Source: Eledone cirrhosa (Eukaryota). From it: a stretch of DNA of 64,000 bases. The stretch covers positions 11,036,001 through 11,100,000 of the forward strand of contig OZ024765.1 of the NCBI GenBank assembly GCA_964016885.1. Direction: 5' to 3'. The notes beneath the pieces are model-generated. The model did not search any database, was not told the DNA's origin, and saw nothing but the letters and a program-made list of their open reading frames with translations. Made by a program: the position numbers and the translations under genes. Position 1 is the first letter of the stretch. The number at the start of each line of letters is the position of its first letter. Below are positions 1 to 11,251 of this stretch, piece after piece.

Positions 1-226
1 ACAGTGAGTGCTGGGTGCTTTTTTGCCGTGGCACCTCCACGACCACTTTGTAGTGGAATGATAGGGACCCCAGTCCCTATCACCTCATTTCTACAGCTGA
101 GTAAACTGGAGCAATGTGAAATAAAGTGTCTTGCTCAAGGAAACAACACATCACCCGGTCTGAGAATTGAACTCACAACCTTTCGATTGCAAGGCCAATG
201 CTCTAACCACTAAGCCATGTGCCTCC
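1..226 (-). mobile_element. tRNA-derived SINE family A (cut by window edge)
   Basis: Minus-strand head GGAGGCACATGGCTTAGTGG (A box)...GTTCAATTC (B box); many near-identical copies in the window. Confidence 0.88.
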
Positions 227-246
227 ATATATATATATCTATCTAT

Positions 247-567
247 CTAAGGTGGGTAAAATTCCCAAGATCCATGGACGAGTTCTCTCCAGCGGTCTCT
301 GTCCCTCATTATCGCTGCCATATCCTGCATCTCCAACAGACCAGTGTCTGTCCTTAGGGCATCAACATATGTTAACCTTGGTCTTCCGCTTCTAGTGTGT
401 CCATGTAGGGGTTCCCAAAGGAGCACTGAGTGCAATGTCAACTCTGGATGTCGGTGAGCATGTCCAGCCAACCTCAGTCTCCTCTGTGTCACTTTTGAGC
501 TGACTTTTGGGATGCTCCCATACAGCTCTGAGTTTTTCATCCTCAGTGTATACTGATTAATGTTCAT
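247..567 (-). mobile_element. RTE/RTE-X clade LINE ORF C-terminal fragment
   Basis: ELYGSIPKVSSKVTQRRLRLAGHAHRHPE...LLWEPLHGHTRSGRPRLTYVDAL...DRDRWR, a typical RTE-type C-terminus. Confidence 0.85.
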
Positions 568-707
568 ATATATATATATATATATATACGGGGTAACAAA
601 TAATAGTTATATGCAGTCCACTTAGGTGTAGTCCAGTTCAGAGAAACAATTGTCAGCAATGAGATTAAAAACCTTTTTTGCATAGCAAACCATGTCAATC
701 TTCTTTC

Positions 708-751
<44 letters not shown>

Positions 752-808
752 TATGATATATATATACGATATTAACAAATGGAAACTATATTTATAAAAC
801 CATATTTA

Positions 809-869
809 TTTCATTATACATATTTCAAGGACACCAAGTTAAATTATGGTGTGCTTTCATCCGACAAAA
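809..869 (-). ncRNA. Degenerate type I hammerhead ribozyme (family D)
   Basis: TTTTGT-CGGATGA-AAGCACACCA...TGGTGTCCTT-GAAA-TATGT-ATA-ATGAAA. Core has U4>G. Homologous to 26633-26694 and 52646-52700. Confidence 0.55.
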
Positions 870-1098
870 TATAATATAGATCAGTTTTATAAATAAATAT
901 TGACATACCCTTAAAAAATGCAACCATTTCTGTTGGAAGCTCCCGGATAGTGGGGTTGTTTAATTATATTATTATTAGTATTGGATATTTTTATTTTAAA
1001 AATAAACTTGAGTGCTTTATATCAGTTATAAAAATATTTGCTTGTTGTATCCCAACAATTTAAATAGAACTTTTGCATATATATATATATCCTCCTCC

Positions 1099-1398
1099 TC
1101 ATCATTTTACGTCCACTTTTCCCTGCTTGCAAGGGTGGGACGGGAACTGATTCTGGCTTGGTTTCTACAGCTGGATGCCCTTCCTAACACCAACCTCATT
1201 TACAGTGAGTGCTGGGTGCTTTTTTTTGCCGTGGCACCTCCACGACCACTTTGCAGTGGAATGATAGGGACCCCAGTCCTATAATCTCATTTCTACAGCT
1301 GAGTAAACTGGAGCAATGTGAAATAAAGTGTCTTGCTCAAGGAAACAACACATCACCCGGTCTGAGAATTGAACTCACAATCTTTCGATTGTGCTTCC
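1099..1398 (-). mobile_element. SINE family A, head partly deleted
   Basis: Matches 13331-13677. Confidence 0.88.
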
Positions 1399-1429
<31 letters not shown>

Positions 1430-1811
1430 AGTATGTACACGTACATACATATATGTATACAGACGTACAGTAGTATGTATATACATATACTAGTATATAT
1501 ATATACTAGTATGTATATATATATACATACTGTACGTCTGTATACATATATGTATGTACGTATACATACTTATATTTAAGTAACAGCCGTACTAAGAGTG
1601 GGAAATGAAATTTTGTTTCATTTTTTCCGTTTATATATATATATATATATGGAGGAGGTTATAGTTCACTTGAAGCATTGTGTAATGAGGTATAAACGTT
1701 AGAATATGTGTAATAAGGCCAAGACAATGCAGATATGGACATAGAAAAAAGAATGCAATAGTGAGAGATATTGATGAGAATTCGTCTTTCACCTTGAATT
1801 TATTTAAATGT

Positions 1812-1846
1812 CCTTAATTTTCGAGATAATATCTCTTCTTCGGAGG
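1812..1846 (-). ncRNA. Minimal hammerhead motif in Penelope-like pseudo-LTR (core variant CCGAAGA)
   Basis: CCT-CCGAAGA-A-GAGAT(ATT)ATCTC-GAAA-ATTA-AGG. Lies downstream of a PLE ORF C-terminus on the same strand. Confidence 0.65.
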
Positions 1847-2413
1847 GAAGTAAAAGTCTCAGACCAGCGTCTTTAAATTTCTAATGAAGCCATGCTGACC
1901 GGAAATAGTATAGAGTTCTAACTTTAATATCAAAGAATTAAAATTAGGTGGGTAAAGAGTAGTCTCCCTTTAAGAGGGGTTTGTTTATGTTTTTGTTGTG
2001 TTTTTTTAAATTTTATATGCGTTCCTGTATATGTGTGTGGGAGAAAGCATGAAGGTGTAGGTATGTGGGTGTGTGTGTGTGAGTGTGGGAAGATAGGTCT
2101 AATCGTAAAAGTGGGGGGTAGGTGTTATCTGGTGTTAGAACTGGTTTTGTGTGTGTGTGTGAGAGAGAATAAGTGGAGGCGTGCGTGTGTGTGGGGTGTG
2201 TAAAGTGGGGCTAGAGGCCCTATCAGGTTATAAATTGGGTGTTGAGCTCTAGTCTATTATTGATCGGTGGATGTGTTCTATCTATAATGAGTGCTTCCTT
2301 GATTCTAAGATTGCCGAGGTTTCTTTCCTTAGTTTCTATCCTAACTCTATACTATTTCCGGTCAGCATGGCTTCATTAGAAATTTAAAGACGCTGGTCTG
2401 AGACTTTTACTTC

Positions 2414-2448
2414 CCTCCGAAGAAGAGATATTATCTCGAAAATTAAGG
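2414..2448 (+). ncRNA. Minimal hammerhead motif, inverted copy of 1812-1846
   Basis: Identical sequence in the opposite arm of the 227-bp inverted repeat. Confidence 0.65.
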
Positions 2449-2562
2449 ACATTTAAATAAATTCAAGGTGAAAGACGAATTCTCATCAATATCTCTCACT
2501 ATTGCATTCTTTTTTCTATGTCCATATCTGCATTGTCTTGGCCTTATTACACATATTCTAAC

Positions 2563-2595
<33 letters not shown>

Positions 2596-2599
<4 letters not shown>

Positions 2600-2792
2600 A
2601 ACCAGTAAGACCCCGACAGCTGAGCTCAAGCCGTTTCGATGGCTAATTCTGGAATTAGCCAGAATTAGCTGTCGAAACGGCTTGAGCTCAGCTGTCGGGG
2701 TCTTACTGGTTCCTATTACCCACTCTACTACCTCAAGTATTGAGTACTTTGGTGCGTTATGGTCCACCTGGTTCCTTACCACATTTCCTTTG

Positions 2793-2796
<4 letters not shown>
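2596..2796. mobile_element. Fold-back short element, family C
   Basis: ~57-bp-arm hairpin at 2596-2715 plus tail, flanked by (TA)n; at least 6 loci in the window. Confidence 0.7.
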
Positions 2797-2835
<39 letters not shown>

Positions 2836-3279
2836 TACATATATATATACATACACACATATCCTCTCTGTCCTTTATCATAACAACAACAACAACAACA
2901 ACAATAATAATTCTGATCCAGAAATAGATCCATTTACATTGGTTTGGTTCTGTTTTTATTGATTTAACATATTTTTATCTCTATTTCCGCTGCACTACAC
3001 CACCCCACCGCCATCTTCCCTACACCCCCCACCACCTCAACCATTTTCTATTCTAACTTCCAGATGCTTCTTCTACTCTGTTCTTCTTTGTTGTTGTTGT
3101 TGTTGTAGTCTTTATTCTCCCCCCCCTCCCCCTCCTCCCCCTCATTCTTCTTCAATACAATAAAGTACCAGTTAATTACTGGAGGTGGGGGCGGTGTGGT
3201 GTAATCCACTCCCCCACCGCTCCACCAAAAAAATTTTACTGTAGAAATCATCATCAGTATCACCAACATTATCATTACA

Positions 3280-3648
3280 GTATCAACAGAGAGGCGGACA
3301 CCGTGATTTGCAGCACCGAGTTATGGCCTTTTACGCTCTGGGTTCAAATCCTGTTGAGGTTAACTTTGCCTATCATCCTTGCAGGCTCGACAAAATAAAG
3401 TACCAGTCACGCACTGGGGACAAAAAAACACACAGTCCACGCTGTAATGTGGCCGTGTAGGTAACACGGTAAAAACCCCCCAGTTCCACACTGTAAACGT
3501 GGTTGGTGTTAGGAAGAGCATCCATCCGTAGAAAACCCGCCAGACAGTCATATGCGAGCAAGACAACCACTCTTGCTTCAAGTGGGAAAACTCCCGTCCA
3601 AACCCATGCAAGCGTGGAATATGGACGTTAAACGATGATGATGATGAT
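3280..3648 (+). mobile_element. SINE family B fragment joined to RTE 3' UTR fragment ending in (GAT)n
   Basis: 3280-3420 matches family B; 3420-3648 matches 63430-63670. Confidence 0.75.
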
Positions 3649-3700
3649 ATATATAGTGACGAAACATAAGTCAATTGCATCAACTCATAATCCTTTATTT

Positions 3701-3747
3701 ACTGCTACATATATTTCGATTGAATGGCTATGACCTCATCAGGCAGT
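3701..3747 (-). ncRNA. Type I hammerhead ribozyme with partly deleted stem II
   Basis: ACTGC-CTGATGA-GGTCATAGCCATTCAATC-GAAA-TATAT-GTA-GCAGT. Stem I is perfect. Lacks 9 nt (GGCTATCAG) present in the 62605-62660 copy. Confidence 0.7.
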
Positions 3748-3899
3748 TAGTCAGTTCTTAGATATGCCAGCTCTGTGTTTATAGTGTTGATGGTATCAAA
3801 GCCTTGGGACATATGAGCTTGTTAGGAATAATTTAATGTTGTCAGCAATTGTGAACTATTTATATATATATATATAAATAGTTCCACAACAGTTAGTTC

Positions 3900-3937
3900 A
3901 CCATACAAATGTTTCACCTTGCGGATCTTCAGCTTAG
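3900..3937 (-). ncRNA. Degenerate hammerhead core downstream of PLE endonuclease
   Basis: CTGAAGA-T-CC(GCAA)GG-T-GAAA-CATTT-GTA. Stem I is not convincingly paired. Confidence 0.45.
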
Positions 3938-4099
3938 TCTGAGTGAAGTTGTATGGAAAAGGAAAAAGCAACCGTATGAATACGCAAGCGCAGAAACGTT
4001 CACTTCTCCTGGGAGATGTATTCCCACGGTCGAATGGTGTAAGGGAGATAACTGTGGATGTCTGGAATAAATTATTGAAGTTGTTCAGAATATTAGAAT

Positions 4100-4580
4100 G
4101 TTGATGTTATTCAATCTGTAATTATGCAAGAGGTGTTTCCAGACGTGTGGACAACGTGAAAAGACCTCATTCCTTGAATGTAGGCAATCGTTATTGTGTA
4201 ATCTTCACAGGATGTTGATCCTTTCTTCAATGCACAGTCCACAAGATGGATTTCCCCTTCTGTATGGCTTAGACTTAGTAATAACTTTCCATTGGATGGA
4301 GTAGTCTATGCCTGAGTCTTTGAGGGACCATATGCAGCTGGTTTGTCCAGGTATCTAAAGGTCTACTGATGGTTCAGGAAGCATTCCTTAAACCGGCCCT
4401 CTGTCATACCTACATATGATTTAACCTCTTGTTGATTTGATCGGTTAGAAGTGACCACAGCTTCATAAATTACAGCAGGTGTGTTGCATTGTTGCTGAAG
4501 GGGACAAGCTTCAGGCTTTCGACAAGAGCATCCTGGTGGGTCGCTGCTCTTAGGGCTGTTGGTGATGTGGGCCTTCATAT
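4100..4580 (-). mobile_element. Penelope-like element GIY-YIG endonuclease pseudogene fragment
   Basis: GCSCRKPEACPLQQQCNTPAVIYEAVV...SYVGMTEGRFKECFLNHQ*...WSLKDSGIDYSIQWKVITKSKPYRRGNPSCGLCIEERINIL*...SRNEVFSRCPH. Cys-rich linker plus VIY/YVG motifs; contains stops and a frameshift. Confidence 0.88.
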
Positions 4581-4584
4581 TCTC

Positions 4585-4870
4585 ATTCTCATCAATACAG
4601 AAGCCAAAGACCTTGCTGCCAGCCTTAAGGTAGATAAGAAACTCCAACGTTTAGCTAAGAATGAGGCATTTCTCAGCCTTAAAGACCACAAGGTAGACTT
4701 TGCTTCTAATCCCACTAAACCTGGCATGCACAGAGATGGGACTAGTCAGTAAGGCTATACTTAGGGATATAGTTAAGACCATTAGGACCAAGTCCAACCT
4801 GTCCCAGTGGGAGAACCACGACTCCATCATTAAGTGGTTTAACTCTTTCAACTCCAAAAAAGCAACAGAA
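4585..4870 (+). mobile_element. Penelope-like element RT N-terminal fragment, inverted relative to the EN fragment
   Basis: INTEAKDLAASLKVDKKLQRLAKNEAFLSLKDHKVDFASNP / EMGLVSKAILRDIVKTIRTKSNLSQWENHDSIIKWFNSF resembles the PLE RT region (AF.tLKDHK.nF..NP...QW.n...vi.WF). Confidence 0.8.
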
Positions 4871-4919
4871 TGAATGACAGAAGCAACATGTGTGTTCATT
4901 CTGTCATTACTACAGCAGA

Positions 4920-5004
4920 GGTCCGACGAGCTTTTGATTCCAGAGTCAGACCAGATTTATACAGATCGAACCTTGAGCTGATCAATAGCAAAACGCACAA
5001 CACC
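4920..5004 (+). ncRNA. Decayed hammerhead-like motif with long stem II
   Basis: GGT-CCGACGA-GCTTTTGAT...ATCAATAGC-AAAAC. Both core halves are mutated. An inverted homolog at ~56920-56972 retains GAAAC. Confidence 0.35.
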
Positions 5005-5180
5005 AATCAATAAACGTAATGAAGGCTTAACAAATCATCTTTCTATTATTATATTATTATTTTACACTCTGTCTACACCTCACCACTGACGTGAACCTAA
5101 ACATTGAGTGCTCACCTGGGTGAACCTACAGTAACTTCATGTTACACTCCCTGTATATATATATATATGTGTATATATAT

Positions 5181-5257
5181 ATTACCCACTCTACTACCCT
5201 AAGTATTGAGTACTTTGGTGCGTTATGGTCCACCTGGTTCCTTACCACATTTCCTTC

Positions 5258-5298
<41 letters not shown>

Positions 5299-5493
5299 AA
5301 GGAAATGTGGTAAGGAACCAGGTGGACCATAACACACCAAAGTACTCAATACTTAGGGTAGTAGAGTGGGTAATAGGAACGAGTAGGACCCTGACGGCTG
5401 AGCTCAAGCTGTTTCGACGGCTAATTCTGGACTGAGTCCAGAATTAGCCGTTGAAATGGCTTGAGCTCAGCCGTTGGGGTCCTACTCGTTCCT
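5181..5493. mobile_element. Family C element, two inverted pieces around a (TA)n tract plus hairpin
   Basis: 5181-5262 is the inverted copy of 5293-5374; fold-back centred at ~5435. Confidence 0.7.
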
Positions 5494-5494
5494 A

Positions 5495-5538
<44 letters not shown>

Positions 5539-6301
5539 AATGTGTGTGTGTGCATGCGAAGATATATATATATATATATACACATACATATATTGGATAT
5601 ATATAGTTATAGATACATATGTCAATGTACATATACACTTCCATCTCTTCTTTCCCACTGTTTATCACAGTATGTATAACTGTTTCTGTGCTCATAGTAG
5701 TCAGTGCATTATATAAATAGTGTCCATTGTTTAGCAAACAATATTATTGTCCTAATAGGTTTCCTTACATTGAGTGCATTTTTCTAATCCAGACACTATC
5801 TTCCGGCCAAATTAACACACACACACAAATACACACAAACACACACAAACACACTCACATATAAATAATCACAAACACATTTATATATTCACACAGAGAC
5901 ACGCATTGCTCTATTATTACTCTATCATGTGTTCCAGTCGACTGGCTGAGGCCATGCTGGGGCACTGCCACTGATGCTGCACTCTCTCGGACCTGCTAAC
6001 TCTCCCTGTCCGACGGGGAGATCACCCACCCACTTTGGGATGGGTGAGTGATGTCTTCTCTTGTGAAAATGGGTATAGCTTTCATTATGTAAAATCTCCT
6101 ACAATTTTGCCTCATTTCTCCTTGTTTTGAGGCCTTTTTTTATCATGGTACTCCCTATTTGGGTTTTGAGAGGTTGGCAGGTCTGCTCTCTAGGGCCAGC
6201 CCTCCCTGGTTGGCCATTGTTACAAAAGGGAGTTTGTTGCTTATGCTCTTATTTGTGCAGATACACACAAAAATATATATACAAACATGTATATATATAC
6301 A

Positions 6302-6353
<52 letters not shown>

Positions 6354-6422
6354 AAAATTGTATACATGTGTATGTATAAACATACATAAATATATATACA
6401 AACATGTATATATATATATACA

Positions 6423-6454
<32 letters not shown>

Positions 6455-6531
6455 CACACAAAAATTGTATACATGTGTATGTATAAACATACATAAATAT
6501 ATATATACAAACATGTATATATATATACATA

Positions 6532-6571
<40 letters not shown>

Positions 6572-6619
6572 CACACACAAAAATAATGTATACATATGTA
6601 CACATAGGTATATATATAG

Positions 6620-6654
<35 letters not shown>

Positions 6655-7097
6655 TTTACGTCCGCTTTTCCCTGCTTGCAAGGGGTGGGACATATATATT
6701 TATATATATACACACATATATATAGGTACACACAAAGAATGTATACATATGTACACATAAGTATTTATTTATATATATATATATGTATATATATGCACAC
6801 ACATACATACACACAGATATATACACACACACACACAGATATATATATATTTATATATACATATATAAATACACATGCACATACACAGGTAGATGCACAA
6901 AAAAATATGTAAACCCATGTAAATACATGTATATATACACATATACATATATGTATGTATATATATATACATATACATATATGTATGTATATATACATAT
7001 ATGTATGTATATATATATTGTTTTATTCTTCTACATGTTTCCACCAGTAGACTGCAGCCATGTAAGGTGATCTTGATTTAGTCAATCATATCAACCC

Positions 7098-8530
7098 CAG
7101 TGCACTCTACATGTGAATGGAGCCCCACTGGAAAAGGTAGAGAAGTTCAAGTATCACAGGGTTGTGTTCATGAATGATGGAAGGCAGGAGGTTGAATTAA
7201 GTGCAAGAATTGCAAAAGCTGGTGCTGCAATGTGCCAGCTTCAGCATTCAGCCATCAGAAGAAGGGAGGTAGGTGTAAAAGCCAAACCGGCTGTCTTCAA
7301 TGCGGCTTTCATGCCAAACCTTACCTATGGTCATGAATCTCCAACCAGTCCGGCTGGATCCCCAAGCTGGATGACCAGCCAAGCACATGGATGTTATCCA
7401 ACCATCTTGCTTAGGGTCTACCCCTGGCTCTCCTGCCAGTTGGTTTTGCCCGTAAAATCTGTCCCAGCGATTCTTTCCTCACACATTCTAACCACATGTC
7501 CATAGTATCAGAGCTGTGATCTCTCAATTCGGAGAAGTAGCAGCTCTACCTGGAGTGACTCTCTGATCTCCGAGCTACACACTTTATCGAGTAACGTTTC
7601 TCCAAAGATCCTTTAGAGGAACCCCATTTCAGCCGCTTATATTCGCGATCGTATTCTCTCAGTCATTACCCAAGGTTCATGACCATAGGTAAGGGTTAGC
7701 ATGGAAACTGAATTAAAGATAGCGAGTTTGGCTGTTACATCTACCTCCCTTCTTCTGATTACCGAATGCTGAAGCTGGCACATTACTGCACCAGTTCCTG
7801 CAATTCTTGAACTTAATCCAGCCTCCTGCCTTGCATCACTCATGAACACAGTCCCGAGGTACTTGAACTTCTCTACCTGCTTCAGTGGGACTCCATTTAC
7901 ATATAGAGTACACTGCACAGGCTTCCTTGAGAAGACGAGTGTCTCAGTTTTCGCTTCAGCGGGACTCCATTTACATATAGAGTACACTGCACAGGCTTCC
8001 TTGAGAAGACGAGTGTCTCAGTTTTCGCTTCAGCGGGACTCCATTTACATATAGAGTACACTGCACAGGCTTCCTTGAGAAGACGAAGGTCTCAGTTTTC
8101 GCTTCAGTGGGACTCCATTTACATATAGAGTACACTGCACAGGCTTCCTTGAGAAGACGAAGGTCTCAGTTTTCGCTTCAGTGGGACTCCATTTACATAT
8201 AGAGTACACTGCACAGGCTTCCTTGAGAAGACGAAGGTCTCAGTTTTCGCTTCAGTGGGACTCCATTTACATATAGAGTACACTGCACAGGCTTCCTTGA
8301 GAAGACGAGTGTCTCAGTTTTCGCTTCAGCGGGACTCCATTTACATATAGAGTACACTGCACAGGCTTCCTTGAGAAGACGAGTGTCTCAGTTTTCGCTT
8401 CAGCGGGACTCCATTTACATATAGAGTACACTGCACAGGCTTCCTTGAGAAGACGAGTGTCTCAGTTTTCACAGCACTGATTTTCATTCCAGCCATGCAG
8501 CACTTGGCATCAAACCTGTAGCGGTTGTCT
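7098..8530. mobile_element. RTE LINE fragments in inverted arrangement (plus 7098-7340, minus 7340-8530)
   Basis: LEKVEKFKY...LSARIAKAGAAMCQL...LTYGHES on plus; VEKFKYLGTVF...LTYGHEPWVMTERIRSRI on minus. Confidence 0.85.
7879..8470. repeat. 74-bp tandem repeat x8 inside an RTE ORF
   Basis: Unit gcttcagcgggactccatttacatatagagtacactgcacaggcttccttgagaagacgagtgtctcagttttc; 592 bp = 8 x 74. Confidence 0.95.
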
Positions 8531-9135
8531 CCCTTGTTGTGACTCACAACCCCAATAGATTAACATCTAGACGGGAAGTAGATCCCTTTCTGTAACTTCC
8601 GGCAGAGCCCTATAAAACGAATAGCCTTCGGCTCTCTCCCTCTCATTTGCCCTTCCGGCGCCTGGCCTTCGCCAGGCGTCTCGCGTTTGCCTGGCAATCA
8701 AAACGGTAACTACTAACTTTGCTTCATTCTATCATCTATTACTTTGACATGTCAACTATACTGTTCTATATATATCCATGATTGTCAATTAAATATTATA
8801 CACACAAACAATGTATTCCTTGTTACATTCATACAACCCAGTATCTTCGCTATAAACCTATCAGTTTAAATGCTAAAGGCTTAAATTAGTGAGAATGTGT
8901 GAACAGTTGTCCCCTAGGGTAGTGGTTAACAAGCATGTAATGTATTCAAGGCGTATATAGTTTGTTTCTCCTTAGCAGCTGTTGGCCACTCATCAGCATG
9001 TGAAATCTAGCGGGTTTTTAAAGCTATTATTCAGAGACAACAACTGTTGTTACAGTCATTTTTTTGCATTTGGGTTCCATTTCTGAATTTCAAATCATCC
9101 ACCACTTCAATAATTCACAGAGATACACAAACATT

Positions 9136-9175
<40 letters not shown>

Positions 9176-9209
9176 TGTATATATATATGTGTATATGTCT
9201 GTATATATA

Positions 9210-9272
<63 letters not shown>

Positions 9273-9326
9273 GTATGTATATGTAAATATATGTATATGT
9301 ATACATATGTCTGTATATATACATTC

Positions 9327-9373
<47 letters not shown>

Positions 9374-9406
9374 TATATAGATACATACCTATATATACAT
9401 ACATAT

Positions 9407-9459
<53 letters not shown>

Positions 9460-9589
9460 GTATGTATATGTAAATATATGTATATGTATACATACATCTG
9501 TATATATACATTCATATATATACACATATATATATATATATATATACATACACATATATATAGATACATACCTATCTATACATACATAT

Positions 9590-9644
<55 letters not shown>

Positions 9645-9734
9645 GTATGTAAATATATATATATGTATATGTATACATATGTCTGTATATATACATTCAT
9701 ATATATACATATATATATATATATACACATATGG

Positions 9735-10325
9735 TGGCTGCCAACTCGTTTTCGAGTACGGCCACTACTTTATATCCATGTAGGAGAACCACTACTGATG
9801 CGCTGAGCGAGTGACTTTTTAGTCCAGCCAGCGACTTGAAAACTCTGGTACAAACACTACACTTGTGACAATTATTGACACACAGTGCTGGACCCATGGT
9901 ACCATGTGACGACAAGTGCAGAGAGATCTCCAGATACAAAGCAATGCCTGTGCCGTGAAGCTTTTATAGTGAGCAAAGGCACTGCACAAAGCCAGTCCCA
10001 CTCTCTTAACCAAGATGATATTTACCAAAAAGAAGAACAAGTCAACATCATTGAATACCATCAGGGTTGCAGGTGTTATATCAGAGTTTTCCTTCTCCTA
10101 GAATTCTGCCTTGACAAAGGCTAAGGGGTCATCTCTCCCGGTGGTTTTGGATGGCCATTGACTCTTAAGAGCTCCTTTGCCCTTTGACAGGTTTTGTTTT
10201 TAGTCCTGCAGGATGTCCAAAGTCACCCTCCTCACCAAGAAACCTTGGTGGGGTTGCCAGTTTAGTCGCCAACAACCCGACCATGAGACAGGTTGTACTG
10301 GGATACATGTTACCAGTAGCACCAA
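9735..10325 (-). mobile_element. RTE-like fragments (C-terminal C2H2-like motif; 5'-region fragment)
   Basis: HKCSVCTRVFKSLAGLKSH motif; 10185-10322 is homologous to 19055-19185. Confidence 0.6.
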
Positions 10326-10347
10326 TATATATATATAGATACATACC

Positions 10348-10379
<32 letters not shown>

Positions 10380-10484
10380 CATACACACACGCATGTATAT
10401 AAACATATATATCTATATATACATATGTATACACACTCACATATACATACATACATATATATATATATATAAACATGTACAAAC

Positions 10485-10561
<77 letters not shown>

Positions 10562-10789
10562 CTAAGAAACACACCAAACACACCATTAGTATAGCCATAA
10601 ATTCTATGCTGAGGCTCTCAAGAGATATCTATATTAGAATTATCAAGAATGGTGGGAAACAGCTGGAGTTAATAACAATGTTTCTTGTAGATATTTGGAT
10701 GGAATTTATCCAATAGAGAATGTTCATATTTCATAGCCAAACATGGGATATATTGCTTTGTAAGTGAAGAGTAGCAATATCAATCATTG

Positions 10790-11230
10790 GTAGATTGGCA
10801 GTATCAGTGGAGGGTCGGACGCCATGCTTTGCAGCGTAGAGTTACGGCCCTTTACGGTCTGAGTTCAAATCCCGCCGAGGTTGACTTTGCCTTTCATCCT
10901 TACGGGGTCGATAAAATAAAGTACCAGTAATGCACTGGGATAATTGCTGGCCTTGTGCCAAAAAGAAACAAATTTTTTTTTAATTATTGGTGGTGGTTTG
11001 GCAGTATCGGTAGAGGGTCGGACGCCATGAAGGCAGCTTAGAGTTACGGCCCTTTACGGGTCTGAGTTCAAATCCCGCCGAGGTTAACTTTGCCTTTCAT
11101 CCTTACGGAGTCGATAAAATAAAGTACCAGTAATGCACTGGGATAATTGCTGGCCTTGTGCCAAAAGTAGAAACACTATTATCATTATTAGGGGCGGTGG
11201 ATTGGCAGAATCGGTAGAGCATTGGACAAC
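10790..11230 (+). mobile_element. Tandem copies of tRNA-derived SINE family B (2 full plus 1 head)
   Basis: TGGCAGTATCGG (A-box-like)...GAGTTCAAATCC (B box)...gataaaataaagtaccag...(ATT)n tail. Confidence 0.88.
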
Positions 11231-11251
11231 TTGATTTCTTATATATATATA

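Larger units (their letters stand above)
1691..2569 (-). mobile_element. Penelope-like element 3' remnant with inverted pseudo-LTR
   Basis: Perfect inverted repeat 1691-1917/2343-2569. The spacer encodes on the minus strand IETKERNLGNLRIKEALIIDRTHPPINNRLELNTQFIT* (2339-2223), resembling a PLE GIY-YIG C-terminus. Hammerhead motif in each arm; (TA)n flanks. Confidence 0.8.

Noticed and set aside
8945-9000. Minus-strand CTGATGA...GAAAC as a hammerhead
   Set aside because: Stems I and II do not pair convincingly.
9047-9783. YI/IY-rich ORFs here and throughout the window
   Set aside because: Translations of (TA)n/(CA)n microsatellites.
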